The notes under the pieces are model-generated. The model searched no databases. It saw nothing but the letters and a program-made list of their open reading frames with translations, and was not told the DNA's origin. Source: a virus (lineage: Duplodnaviria; Caudoviricetes). Taken from it: a stretch of 25,885 nucleotides of DNA. The DNA lies in IMG/VR virus record IMGVR_UViG_3300035492_000039, positions 1 to 25,885 of that record. One strand, 5' to 3'. Each line of letters begins with the position of its first letter. Position 1 is the stretch's first letter. Shown piece after piece: positions 16,360 through 24,579 of this stretch. A program made the translations under genes and the position numbers.

Positions 16360-17241
16360 TCAGGGGGAGAGCAGCTCGCGCAGGCTCAGGTTTGCAACTT
16401 CGCGGTGGCGCGGGTCCAGAGCGGTCACCGAGAACGTGGAACTGAACCGGCAGGGAATATCAAACTCACAGCCGCCGGCGACCACCTCACCCGCCAACGG
16501 GCGGGTTTGCACGCTGCCGCCGCTCACGTATGCGCTGAACGCAGTAGAGTCGATAGCCACGGTTATCTGAGTGCTGCTGGGCTTGGCGGTTACCAAAGCG
16601 CGCAGGTTGTTAATCTGCGTCATCCCCACAACCGCACTGATGACCACAGACTCGCCGACCAGAAACGTATTAGTTCCGACAGTCAGTACCGCCTGTGCGG
16701 CCTGCGTGATCGCAGTGATGGCGCGGATCTTGTTGGCCGCCATCGTCACTCTGCCTGTCGTGGTATCGACAGACCACTGACCGGCAGGCAGCACCTGCCC
16801 GGCAACAGATACCGCGACCTCACCGACAACCGGTTTAAACAGGGTGCGCCGCGGCCGGCCGATATCCGGCAGCGCTGGCTTGTCGCGCCCGTACTCCTTC
16901 ACCAGCTGGTAAACGCCATCGCTTACCGGGTCGAGGGTGCAGTCTGTTGCGGTGTAGGCGCTGCGCCCGTCAAGCGCCGTGGTGTAGTCGTCCCAGCTCT
17001 TCACGCGGAACCCTGCATAGCCGCCGTAAGTTCGGTGGTACAGGCTGAGCACAGACTCCGCCAGGTCGCTGTTGCGCTTGATGTAGCCAACATCAAACTC
17101 GCGGTACGGCTTGCCGTTGATCAGCCACACATACTCGGAGCCACCCAGCGTGGTGCTGGCTTCGAGCATGTAGCTATCTGCAGCCTCGGCACCGATGCGC
17201 ACGCACACATCGAGCCGCTCTTCAAGGAACGCACCCATCAA
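16360..17241 (-). CDS. Distal tail protein (DUF2460-like) with internal domain insertion
   Basis: FLEERL, GFRVKSWDDY, YQLVKEY, KPVVG, VDTTTGRVT, GCEFDIPCRF; follows the tape measure. Confidence 0.85.
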   Translation of the reverse strand: MMGAFLEERLDVCVRIGAEAADSYMLEASTTLGGSEYVWLINGKPYREFDVGYIKRNSDLAESVLSLYHRTYGGYAGFRVKSWDDYTTALDGRSAYTATDCTLDPVSDGVYQLVKEYGRDKPALPDIGRPRRTLFKPVVGEVAVSVAGQVLPAGQWSVDTTTGRVTMAANKIRAITAITQAAQAVLTVGTNTFLVGESVVISAVVGMTQINNLRALVTAKPSSTQITVAIDSTAFSAYVSGGSVQTRPLAGEVVAGGCEFDIPCRFSSTFSVTALDPRHREVANLSLRELLSP

Positions 17242-19553
17242 CGATACCTCTGTGCTTGTGCCACACCCTGTGCAACGGCGCGGCGAACAGACGCCTCAGA
17301 CCTGCGCACCTCGCGCGAGTCGCTCATGCCGCTGAGGTCGAGGCTGATTGATACAGGCCCGGCCGCACGGCCGTCCCTCTGCCCGCTGCGGATATCCTCC
17401 AGCACCCGGTCCATTTTGGCGCTGGTCTCGGCGGTAGTGACGCGCTCACCTTTTTCCAGCAGCCAGGTGCCAGTTGCCGGCACCTTGTCGATGCCATCGT
17501 GCGCCATGCCAGCCAAGCCTGCTGTTGCTACCGCTGCGGCCATGGGCTCGGTGACAGCCAGCGCCGCCGCCATGGCGGCCGGTGCCATTGCCGGGCCAAC
17601 GATGGGGATTGCGGCCGTACTGGCAAAGGCGTTGATACCTGACAAGAGCGCACCCGCCTGGGCGTTCGCCGCGACGGCAGACGCGCCTGATGCCTGCGTA
17701 GTCTTGCCCACCAGCATCTGCACCGCCTGATACGCCAACCACTGCGCGGCCATCTGACCGAGGGCGTTGACGATCGAGCGCAGCATCGACTCAGCGATGC
17801 CGGCAAAGGCTTCCTCCAGCGTCTCGGCGTCGAAGATCATCGACTCGAAGGCGTCGCCCATCTGGCCGCTGAAGTTCTCGACCACCGACGCGGTCAGATC
17901 ATCAAACGATGTGAGGCTGTCTTCTGCTGCTACCAGCCAGCGCTCCCAAAAGCTGCCATTGATTTCCAGCAGCTGCTCGGCGCGGTCTTCCTCCAGCCGA
18001 CGCAGCAGCTCGGTCTGGGCTTGGCCGGTGACTTCGGTGTTCTTGAGGATGATCTCGCGGCGGCGTTCGTAGGAGCGCTGGATGCTTTCTTCTTCGGTAG
18101 CCAGGGCCTCCTGTATCTGGAGGGCCTGCTGGTTGATATCTTTCAGCTGGTCGGCAGCAGCCTTTTGCGCTTCGACCTGCTTTTCGTAATTCTCGATAGT
18201 GGTCAGCAGAGCATCAGTGTGCGCCAGCTGTGACTCCGTTGCGCCGTCCAGCGCGAGCTTGAATAGCTCGGCCTGCTTTTCGCTCATAGAGAGCGTTGCA
18301 ACCTGCAGCTCAAGCTGGGCGATATGCTTCGCGACGGCATCAGTGGCACCATCCGCAGAGTCGGCCGCATCATCGAACGCCTCGCCGGTTGAGTGCGCAA
18401 TCTCGCGACCTTGGACGACCGCTTTGGCCGCCTCATCGCCTGCATTCATGGCGTTCTGGATAAACCGCTCAAACTTCTCACCCGCCAGCGGCTCAAGCAA
18501 AGACTGCTGGATGCTGGCCATAGCCTCGGCGGCAACGCCCTTCGCCACCCTGGCGGACGCCCTCATCGACTCGACATTCACCGACAGATCAATGCCGGGG
18601 ATGTTGTCGATGATATCCATGATCTCCGCGCCGATGGTGTTAACCCAGAACTCGGCGGTGGCGAAGGTGCCAACAATCGTATCGGCGGCAATGCTGAAAC
18701 CGCGCGCTACGCCGTCCGCAGCACTGATCACAAAGCCGATTGCAGGCACCGCGGAATCAACCACATCGGAGACAACTTGACCCAGGCCGCCCGCCTCTTC
18801 AGCGCTGCGAAGGAACTCGTCGCCAATGGCCTTGAGGATTGGCGCCAGCTTGACGGTAAGCTGCTTGCCAACGCCATCAGTCAGCAACCCCATGGTGCTC
18901 ATGGCATCATTCGCCATCTCAACCTTGGCGGCGTCAACGTCAGACAAGTTCAGCCCGAAGATTTCGACCTGCCGAGCGGCTTCCGCAATCGTTCCAGGGT
19001 CAAGCTGCTGCATCGCCGCGGCGTTGCGCGAGCCGAAGATATCGGCAGCCACCGCGCCACGCTCAGATGCCTGTACATTTTCGATTAAGGCCTGATTGAT
19101 AACCGCAATGCGCTCATCGAGCGGGAGGTCATAAATCTCTTGCGCGCTCACGCCGAGGCGATCAAACGCCTTTGCTTGGGCATCAACCCCCTGAATCGCC
19201 TTGCCGATGTTGGTGTTGAGCGTGCGACCAGCTGTTTCGATCTTTTCGAACCCCACCCCGCCAAGCTCACCAGCGCGGCGCAGGTTCGCCATGCTCTCGT
19301 AGGTAGTGTCGAGCTGCTGCGCCGTTTTCGCCTGCTGGTCGATCAGATCGCGCTCACGCTGAATCATCAGCAGCAGACCGGCGGCGGCGGCGGTAGCGCC
19401 AGCAGCAATGCCGATACCAACCGCCTTGCCGGCCTTCGCCATCTGGTCTGAGTTTTTCTTGGTCTGCCGGGCAGCCTTGTCCATTGGGCCGGTGAAATTA
19501 CCGGTCTTGGCAACCAGATCCAGCGTCAGCGTGCCGAGGCTCTTACCTGCCAT
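17238..19553 (-). CDS. Tail tape measure protein
   Basis: 771 aa, Ala-rich helical; SLGTLTLDLVAKTG start; C-terminal GMAHDGID...TWLLEKGERV. Confidence 0.95.
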   Translation of the reverse strand: MAGKSLGTLTLDLVAKTGNFTGPMDKAARQTKKNSDQMAKAGKAVGIGIAAGATAAAAGLLLMIQRERDLIDQQAKTAQQLDTTYESMANLRRAGELGGVGFEKIETAGRTLNTNIGKAIQGVDAQAKAFDRLGVSAQEIYDLPLDERIAVINQALIENVQASERGAVAADIFGSRNAAAMQQLDPGTIAEAARQVEIFGLNLSDVDAAKVEMANDAMSTMGLLTDGVGKQLTVKLAPILKAIGDEFLRSAEEAGGLGQVVSDVVDSAVPAIGFVISAADGVARGFSIAADTIVGTFATAEFWVNTIGAEIMDIIDNIPGIDLSVNVESMRASARVAKGVAAEAMASIQQSLLEPLAGEKFERFIQNAMNAGDEAAKAVVQGREIAHSTGEAFDDAADSADGATDAVAKHIAQLELQVATLSMSEKQAELFKLALDGATESQLAHTDALLTTIENYEKQVEAQKAAADQLKDINQQALQIQEALATEEESIQRSYERRREIILKNTEVTGQAQTELLRRLEEDRAEQLLEINGSFWERWLVAAEDSLTSFDDLTASVVENFSGQMGDAFESMIFDAETLEEAFAGIAESMLRSIVNALGQMAAQWLAYQAVQMLVGKTTQASGASAVAANAQAGALLSGINAFASTAAIPIVGPAMAPAAMAAALAVTEPMAAAVATAGLAGMAHDGIDKVPATGTWLLEKGERVTTAETSAKMDRVLEDIRSGQRDGRAAGPVSISLDLSGMSDSREVRRSEASVRRAVAQGVAQAQRYR

Positions 19554-19570
19554 GCTTTTCTCCAGGCAAT

Positions 19571-19592
19571 AAAAAACCCGCCGAAGCGGGTT
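19571..19592 (-). terminator. Intrinsic terminator after the lipoprotein moron
   Basis: Minus strand AACCCGC-TTCG-GCGGGTT-TTTT. Confidence 0.85.
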
Positions 19593-19600
19593 GGGTCACT

Positions 19601-19610
19601 GGGGGGGGGG
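19601..19610. repeat. G10 homopolymer
   Basis: Ten consecutive G between lipoprotein stop and terminator. Confidence 0.9.
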
Positions 19611-19613
19611 TGG

Positions 19614-20243
19614 TTACGGCACGCATCTGCGAGAGTACTCGTGTGCGACATCGAAACCCGCAGCGCTGAACTCTCTATCTTGGTTTATGCCATACGGCCA
19701 ATCCACATACCGCGTTAGAAAGCTCTGACCTGCCTTCAGCTGCTCGATTATCACGCCACCATTGTGAAGATCAGGCCTGTCACCGCCTTGGACAATCAGG
19801 GCATGATTCTGGTCAACGCGCACAGTCTGGTCGCTACCAGGATACGCTTGCCCGACTACTGAAACAGAATCAAACCCTCCCATCCTGAAGACCATAAGGT
19901 TTCCCTTAATGATCTTGGCGCTGACCCGATCTGTCACCGCGTCTTTTTCGCAGATCACAACCCACGCCAAGTCAGCAGGGCTGCTTGAAAACTCTGCGCG
20001 GCCAGTTGAATGGTCTATGAAATATTCCATCCCCCTATGCATGCCGCGCTCAACAGGAACGCACCCAATGCGCTGCTCCATTCTCACGGACGCACCTGAT
20101 TCAAACTTATCAACCGCTGGCGGCTGAGAGCTAATGCAAGAGTTTTTCTGCTGCTCAAATTGTTGCATCTGTGTCTGATATCGGCTTGGCCCGCATCCAG
20201 ACAAGGCCAAGAAAATAGCAACCAAAACCAAATAACGCGCCAT
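19614..20243 (-). CDS. Lipoprotein moron (candidate superinfection-exclusion factor)
   Basis: MARYLVLVAIFLALSG-C lipobox; GGAGGG RBS; visibly lower GC; own terminator; inserted between tail chaperone and tape measure. Confidence 0.8.
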   Translation of the reverse strand: MARYLVLVAIFLALSGCGPSRYQTQMQQFEQQKNSCISSQPPAVDKFESGASVRMEQRIGCVPVERGMHRGMEYFIDHSTGRAEFSSSPADLAWVVICEKDAVTDRVSAKIIKGNLMVFRMGGFDSVSVVGQAYPGSDQTVRVDQNHALIVQGGDRPDLHNGGVIIEQLKAGQSFLTRYVDWPYGINQDREFSAAGFDVAHEYSRRCVP

Positions 20244-20266
20244 GCGATTCCCTCCATGAAAACCAG

Positions 20267-20275
20267 AGGATAGCA
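20267..20275 (-). promoter_or_regulatory. Putative extended -10 promoter of the moron
   Basis: TGCTATCCT about 24 nt upstream of the ATG; no good -35. Confidence 0.4.
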
Positions 20276-20305
20276 ATAGTCAATGGTAGAGTCTCGCCGC
20301 CAAGA

Positions 20306-20614
20306 CTAAACCCACCGTTCTTGGGCCTGCTCAAGCGTCAATGGCGGCTCATCCATGTTCGGCATAAAGTCGAAGATGGAGTACCCGCCATTCTTGCTAT
20401 GTGCGTTCGCATAGAGCATCGCGAGCAGCGCAGACCCGCGCTCCACCCTCAAGCCAAGATTGAAGCCGCCGCGCAGCTTGCGATATCGCATCCACTGCAG
20501 CGCCTCCTGATAGCCGAGTCGCTGCTTGGCCTCAGCGATGGTCCTGCCACCAACCCCGGACAGGACGAGCTCGTGCCAGAACTCGTCCAGTTCGCTCAGC
20601 TCTTCGTCTTTCCC
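20306..20614 (-). CDS. Tail assembly chaperone C-terminal extension (gpGT-like), reached by -1 frameshift
   Basis: Frame open from the slippery site: KDEELSELDEFWHELVLSGVGGRTIAEAKQRL...RVERGSALLA...FMP. Confidence 0.85.
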   Translation of the reverse strand, partial: GKDEELSELDEFWHELVLSGVGGRTIAEAKQRLGYQEALQWMRYRKLRGGFNLGLRVERGSALLAMLYANAHSKNGGYSIFDFMPNMDEPPLTLEQAQERWV

Positions 20615-20949
20615 GCGCCGTTGACCTCTGCCATGACGCGCATCAGCTCCATCACAAGCCCGTGGTGCAGGGGGCCGCGCTCAGGGTCTGCTTCGCCCGT
20701 AATGTCGCCCGGGGCGAACACAGCATTGCCCTCGGCATCACAGATACTGGACGCAATGCGGCCAGCAACCGGATCAGTCTTGCAGCGCGCCGCCGTAAGG
20801 TCCGAAACGACCGCGGCGTATCCTATGCGGCGCACGAACACCGTTGCCGTAAATTCCTCGCCATCGTCGTTATTCCAGGCGATGTCCTTTGCCACAGGGG
20901 CGCCCGTGAAGGCGCCTGCTGCTTTGAGGTTATCGATTGTCAGATTCAT
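20596..20949 (-). CDS. Tail assembly chaperone (gpG-like)
   Basis: ATG overlaps the tail-tube stop; MNLTIDNLKAAGAFTG...AGRIASSICD...VNGAGK. Confidence 0.88.
   Translation of the reverse strand: MNLTIDNLKAAGAFTGAPVAKDIAWNNDDGEEFTATVFVRRIGYAAVVSDLTAARCKTDPVAGRIASSICDAEGNAVFAPGDITGEADPERGPLHHGLVMELMRVMAEVNGAGKTKS
20608..20614 (-). promoter_or_regulatory. -1 ribosomal frameshift slippery site GGGAAAG
   Basis: G GGA AAG near the end of the chaperone; same heptamer as lambda G/T. Confidence 0.88.
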
Positions 20950-21416
20950 ACTTTCGGAATCCACGCAGAGCCACCAGAACGCTGAACGGTTACGGTAGAA
21001 GTGACGACAGCGTTCTGCTGGAAGTCGAACGGGAAGTCGCTGATATAGCCCTGGAACGTGAACCAAGTCCGAGTTTCCGGCAGGACGAAGTCGCCAGAGC
21101 TGTCAGCGGTCGGAGCGGCGGTGCCGTCAGACCAGCCAACCGCCCAATTGAGCACCGGCGGCGGGTTGGTCTCGCTCAGTTCATGCATACGAGTATGCGA
21201 TGCGTTTTCCGGGTCGGCGTTGAGCCCGATGGATGCCTGCCCCGGCGTGCGCAGCCCGGGTTGATAAGTGCGGTCGAACGACTCAAGGCAGGTATCCTCG
21301 ATCTGATCAGCCGGCGCCCCGCCGGGCGTGAAGGTGGTCGCGCACTGTACGGTGACGACGTCTCCGGTATCCGGGTCTACAAAATAAATTTGCGTGCCCT
21401 GGGTGAGTTTGCTCAT
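20946..21416 (-). CDS. Major tail tube protein
   Basis: TQGTQIYF, DQIEDTCLE, GLRTPG, WFTFQGYISDFPFDF, VQRSG; AGGAG RBS. Confidence 0.92.
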   Translation of the reverse strand: MSKLTQGTQIYFVDPDTGDVVTVQCATTFTPGGAPADQIEDTCLESFDRTYQPGLRTPGQASIGLNADPENASHTRMHELSETNPPPVLNWAVGWSDGTAAPTADSSGDFVLPETRTWFTFQGYISDFPFDFQQNAVVTSTVTVQRSGGSAWIPKV

Positions 21417-21448
21417 CGGTAATACTCCTGTTGCGGGTTTTCAGGCAT

Positions 21449-21471
21449 AAAAAACCCGCGCAAGGCGGGTT
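21449..21471 (-). terminator. Terminator-like hairpin upstream of the tail tube gene
   Basis: Minus strand AACCCGC-CTTGC-GCGGGTT-TTTT. Confidence 0.7.
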
Positions 21472-21488
21472 GGTTTGGGTTGCTCATT

Positions 21489-21851
21489 TCAGCGACTGAC
21501 GAGCCAGTCAACGCTGAAGGTGTAGCGGTAACGCTTGGTTTCAGGGTCTTTGCTTTGGCCAAGCCAGCTGGTGATGTGTGCGTGCGGCTCGATGGCGTCA
21601 CGCAGCGCCCGGGCTACATTGGTTACCGACTCACCGGTATTGCCGTACACGTCGACCTGCAGGCTGTACCCATCCATGTCTGGCGTTTGGTTGATGTAGT
21701 TCTCTGGGCTGCCGCCGACGCTCTGCCATACGGCGTAAGGGTATGGCGTGCCCTCCGGCACCTCGCCAAACGGCCAGATGCTCGGGGGATTTCCGAGCGC
21801 AGCCTGCACGGCGGTAGAGGCAGCGCAGACCGGATAGATTGGTGCGATCAC
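21489..21851 (-). CDS. Tail terminator (DUF3168-like)
   Basis: PYAVWQSVGGSPENY, LQVDVY, RYTFSVDW; GTGA overlap. Confidence 0.88.
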   Translation of the reverse strand: MIAPIYPVCAASTAVQAALGNPPSIWPFGEVPEGTPYPYAVWQSVGGSPENYINQTPDMDGYSLQVDVYGNTGESVTNVARALRDAIEPHAHITSWLGQSKDPETKRYRYTFSVDWLVSR

Positions 21852-22342
21852 TTGATGCCCGCCTTCTTCTTGGCCGCCTTGATGGCGCGCGTCATCTTCT
21901 TGTCGTACTGGGTTGAGAACTCACTGATGGCGGCGGCTATGTTTTCAGCCAGAGCCCTGCGCATAAACGGAGTGGCGGCAATCTTCTCGGTCCCAAACTC
22001 CTTGTATCTCCAGTGCCTGGTATCCTTGCCTGGCAGGCCATCCAGCGATGCCGAGGATGCATTGCCACCGGCGCCGCCCATAACGCCAACGCGGAACATC
22101 AGGTTTCCGGTGCGCTTGAAAGTCCTGCCGGACCAACGCTCCACAATGTTGCTCTCAATGTTCGCGGCGGTCTCTGGGTCGTCCAGCGCAGCGGCGTTCT
22201 GACGAGCCTTGTCCCGCACCAGCTGAGCAGCCTTGCGCAACGCAAAGCGGCCACCCTTTGTTTTCAGGTCGACTTCGATGGCCTCGAACTTGCCAAGCAC
22301 CTCGGCCAAGCCATCAACATTTACCGACACTCCGTCAGTCAT
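21848..22342 (-). CDS. HK97 gp10-like tail completion protein
   Basis: MTDGVSVNVDGL...ALRKAAQLVRDKA...HWRYKEFGTEKIAATPFMRRAL; start 22342 rather than 22714. Confidence 0.9.
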   Translation of the reverse strand: MTDGVSVNVDGLAEVLGKFEAIEVDLKTKGGRFALRKAAQLVRDKARQNAAALDDPETAANIESNIVERWSGRTFKRTGNLMFRVGVMGGAGGNASSASLDGLPGKDTRHWRYKEFGTEKIAATPFMRRALAENIAAAISEFSTQYDKKMTRAIKAAKKKAGIK

Positions 22343-23129
22343 CGCCAACCAGCCCGCGCAGGGCTGCCCCGCTCTCGATCTCCGCAAGCGTCCACTGCTT
22401 CCAAGCCAGGTCATGCGCCCACTGCTCTCGGTCTGGCTTGGCAATCTCGCCCAGCTTGTGACCGGTGACGCCCCAAGCCATGGCGCCGACATCGGCGGTG
22501 ATGGTGGGCACCCCGGCCAGTACGGCATCCACAGCTGAGTTGCTGTTGTAGCAGATGGCGACAGCAGCGCCTGCCAGATCTTCTTCCAGCGTGCCGCGTG
22601 AATTGACTGCCGTGCGCAGCTGCTGCTTGATGCCTTTGCGGGCGGTGAGTTGATGCGGGCGAAACTTGACTGGCAGCCCATAGGCCGCTGCAGCGCGCTC
22701 TGCCGTCTGCTCATACCAGGGCATCAGGTCTTTGCCCTGCAGACTGGCATCACCGGGAACCTGGCCCATCAGCAGGATGTAATCACCACCATCTTTCCAG
22801 GGCTGCATGGTGAAGTGCTGACGGAAACGCTCGCCGCCATCCACCGGTGCCGCCGGGAACTCGCCGTGGCCGTTCAGGCCGTTCCACGCCAGCGACGTCC
22901 AGGCGAACCGGTCACCAAGGTAGCCGCGCTCGAGCACAAGCACTTCATGGCCAGCCGCGCGCAGCTTCTGACCAAGCCGCCAGCCCCAGCAGGCCACATG
23001 CTGCGTCCTGGCCGCTTGTCCATGAGTCAGAGTGACATCAAATCCAATCGCCTCGAATCCAGCTGCTAGGGCCGATTGGTGTTCCAGCTGATGCTCTGCG
23101 CGCGGGCTGGAAATCAGTGTGACGTGCAT
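22335..23129 (-). CDS. Putative GT-B glycosyltransferase, KpsS/KpsC (capsule synthesis, beta-Kdo transferase)-like
   Basis: LERGYL, QxxxD motif (GQVPGDASL), FRPHQ at the HP-motif position, LEEDL...NSNSAVDAVLAGVP; no TM segment or signal peptide evident. Confidence 0.7.
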   Translation of the reverse strand: MHVTLISSPRAEHQLEHQSALAAGFEAIGFDVTLTHGQAARTQHVACWGWRLGQKLRAAGHEVLVLERGYLGDRFAWTSLAWNGLNGHGEFPAAPVDGGERFRQHFTMQPWKDGGDYILLMGQVPGDASLQGKDLMPWYEQTAERAAAAYGLPVKFRPHQLTARKGIKQQLRTAVNSRGTLEEDLAGAAVAICYNSNSAVDAVLAGVPTITADVGAMAWGVTGHKLGEIAKPDREQWAHDLAWKQWTLAEIESGAALRGLVGDD

Positions 23130-23692
23130 ACGCCAATCCCCATCTTGGAGCCGCTGTCTACAAACTCAACGCAGCCCGCATTGGTGGTAGCAATCTCCGC
23201 CCACAGGCGCGGCACCTCTACCGGGTTGCCGTGCACCTTCTCGCGCAGGCCCTGCCCTACGATGTCGTGAAAGGCCACCAGCTTTGCCATGGGTGCGTAG
23301 TTTTCCCAGTCCTGCTTGGCGCCCTTGTAGGTGTGATCACCATCGATAAGCGCCGCATCAAACTTACCGAGCCCGCGGATGCGCTCGATCACGTCAGCGT
23401 GAGTGCTGTTGCCCAGCACAACATCAATGATGTAGCCCTTGGCGCGCAGGTCTTCGGCAACGGCCAGCAATGATTGCTCAGTCTTCTTCTTGCCCCACAG
23501 GCCGCCAGGCAGATCGACTGCGCAGCCGTAGCTGCCGGCCGGCAAACTGCTCATCACCTCGTGAAAGGTGTCGCCGTGACGGCTGCCGACTTCGAGATAG
23601 CGCCGCACGCCACGGTCTCTCAGCAGGGCAATGAATCGGCGAAGCTCGTATTCGTTCTGCGACGGGGCGCGGCCAGATAAGGTTTTCAGCAC
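23114..23692 (-). CDS. Class I SAM-dependent O-methyltransferase (Methyltransf_24-like)
   Basis: YLEVGSRHGDT, AVDLP, GNS, FDAALIDGDHTY, VAFHDI; GTG start with GGAG RBS overlapping the upstream stop. Confidence 0.88.
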   Translation of the reverse strand: MLKTLSGRAPSQNEYELRRFIALLRDRGVRRYLEVGSRHGDTFHEVMSSLPAGSYGCAVDLPGGLWGKKKTEQSLLAVAEDLRAKGYIIDVVLGNSTHADVIERIRGLGKFDAALIDGDHTYKGAKQDWENYAPMAKLVAFHDIVGQGLREKVHGNPVEVPRLWAEIATTNAGCVEFVDSGSKMGIGVCTSH

Positions 23693-24225
23693 AGGGCTTG
23701 CTCCAGGGTCATGCGCGGGAAGCAGCTCAGCGCTGTTTCTCTGCTGCAGTTGATGATTTCTGTTTGCTTGCGGTCGATCTGCGCGAACTGCTGCTGCCAC
23801 ATGGCGCATCGTTTCGCATCCGGGTTCTTGGTGCTCTGGTGGTCTCCGTGCCAGTGGGTGCCGCGCTCCACGGAACAGTCATACCCAAGCAGAAGCACTC
23901 TGGCCGCACCTCGCTCTATGGCGAACTGGATAGCCCGCATGCCGCTGTTGTGCGGCTGATTTGGCACTCGGTGCCGATTGATGCCGTACTTTGTGTCTGC
24001 GCTCTGGTAGCTCGACCAGCACTCTGCTGGCGTGTCGATCAGATGTTGGTTGTGATCCCACCAGCTCGCGTCAGCTGCGTAGATAACATCAGCGAATCGG
24101 GCGATCTGCCATGAGCTGTTAACCGCTACAGTCGGCAGGCCAGCAGCTTCTACCAGGGCGCAATCATGTTCGGTGAGGCTTGGGCCACTGGCGATGCAGA
24201 CGACCGTCAGCCCTTTCCACATCAT
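23686..24225 (-). CDS. Putative glycosyltransferase, Maf/DUF115/GT29-GT42 sialyltransferase-like
   Basis: VCIASGPSL, VAVN, NSG..AIQFA, VLLLGYDC, HWHG, IINCS; start overlaps the head-closure stop (TGATG). Confidence 0.7.
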   Translation of the reverse strand: MMWKGLTVVCIASGPSLTEHDCALVEAAGLPTVAVNSSWQIARFADVIYAADASWWDHNQHLIDTPAECWSSYQSADTKYGINRHRVPNQPHNSGMRAIQFAIERGAARVLLLGYDCSVERGTHWHGDHQSTKNPDAKRCAMWQQQFAQIDRKQTEIINCSRETALSCFPRMTLEQALC

Positions 24226-24578
24226 CAGCCCTCGTTCACGCCTAGACTGCAAGGCGCTGTCACAAAATTCAGCCCGCTATCCGGATCAGGCAGAAAGCCT
24301 GCCGGGTTGTAAATCTTGCCGTTATGCACCAGTCGCATAGTCGGCAGCAGGCCCTCACGATGGCGCAGCGTGATGCGCGCCACAATCTCTGATTGGTTAG
24401 CGTGCGCCGCCATGAAGTCCTTCACGCTCAGCGGCTCGATGGCGCAGGGTACCGACTCCCAGCCGGTTACGGTTTGCCATGTGACGATCTGCGCGCCACT
24501 GTTCGGGTCACGACTTGTCACCTTCTGCTGGATGGCGACTCGGTGGCGCAGGCGTCCGGCTTTGATACCCATGCTCAC
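24225..24578 (-). CDS. Head closure protein (SPP1 gp16-like)
   Basis: AGRLRHRVAIQ...W...IEPLS...ARITLRHR...MRLVHNGKIYN. Confidence 0.9.
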   Translation of the reverse strand: MSMGIKAGRLRHRVAIQQKVTSRDPNSGAQIVTWQTVTGWESVPCAIEPLSVKDFMAAHANQSEIVARITLRHREGLLPTMRLVHNGKIYNPAGFLPDPDSGLNFVTAPCSLGVNEG

Positions 24579-24579
24579 C

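Noticed and set aside
11239-17241. Gene transfer agent
   Set aside because: The tail tip is GTA-like, but int/xis, attP, early genes and a long tape measure indicate a true temperate phage
16405-17730. 441-aa + strand ORF
   Set aside because: Antisense shadow of Dit and tape measure in high-GC DNA; no recognisable motifs
22343-22714. N-terminal extension of the gp10-like ORF
   Set aside because: Overlaps the glycosyltransferase in another frame; family-like sequence starts at ATG 22342
22335-24225. Classical O-antigen seroconversion (gtrABC/oac) locus
   Set aside because: No membrane proteins, no independent promoter or terminator, and tight coupling to late structural genes
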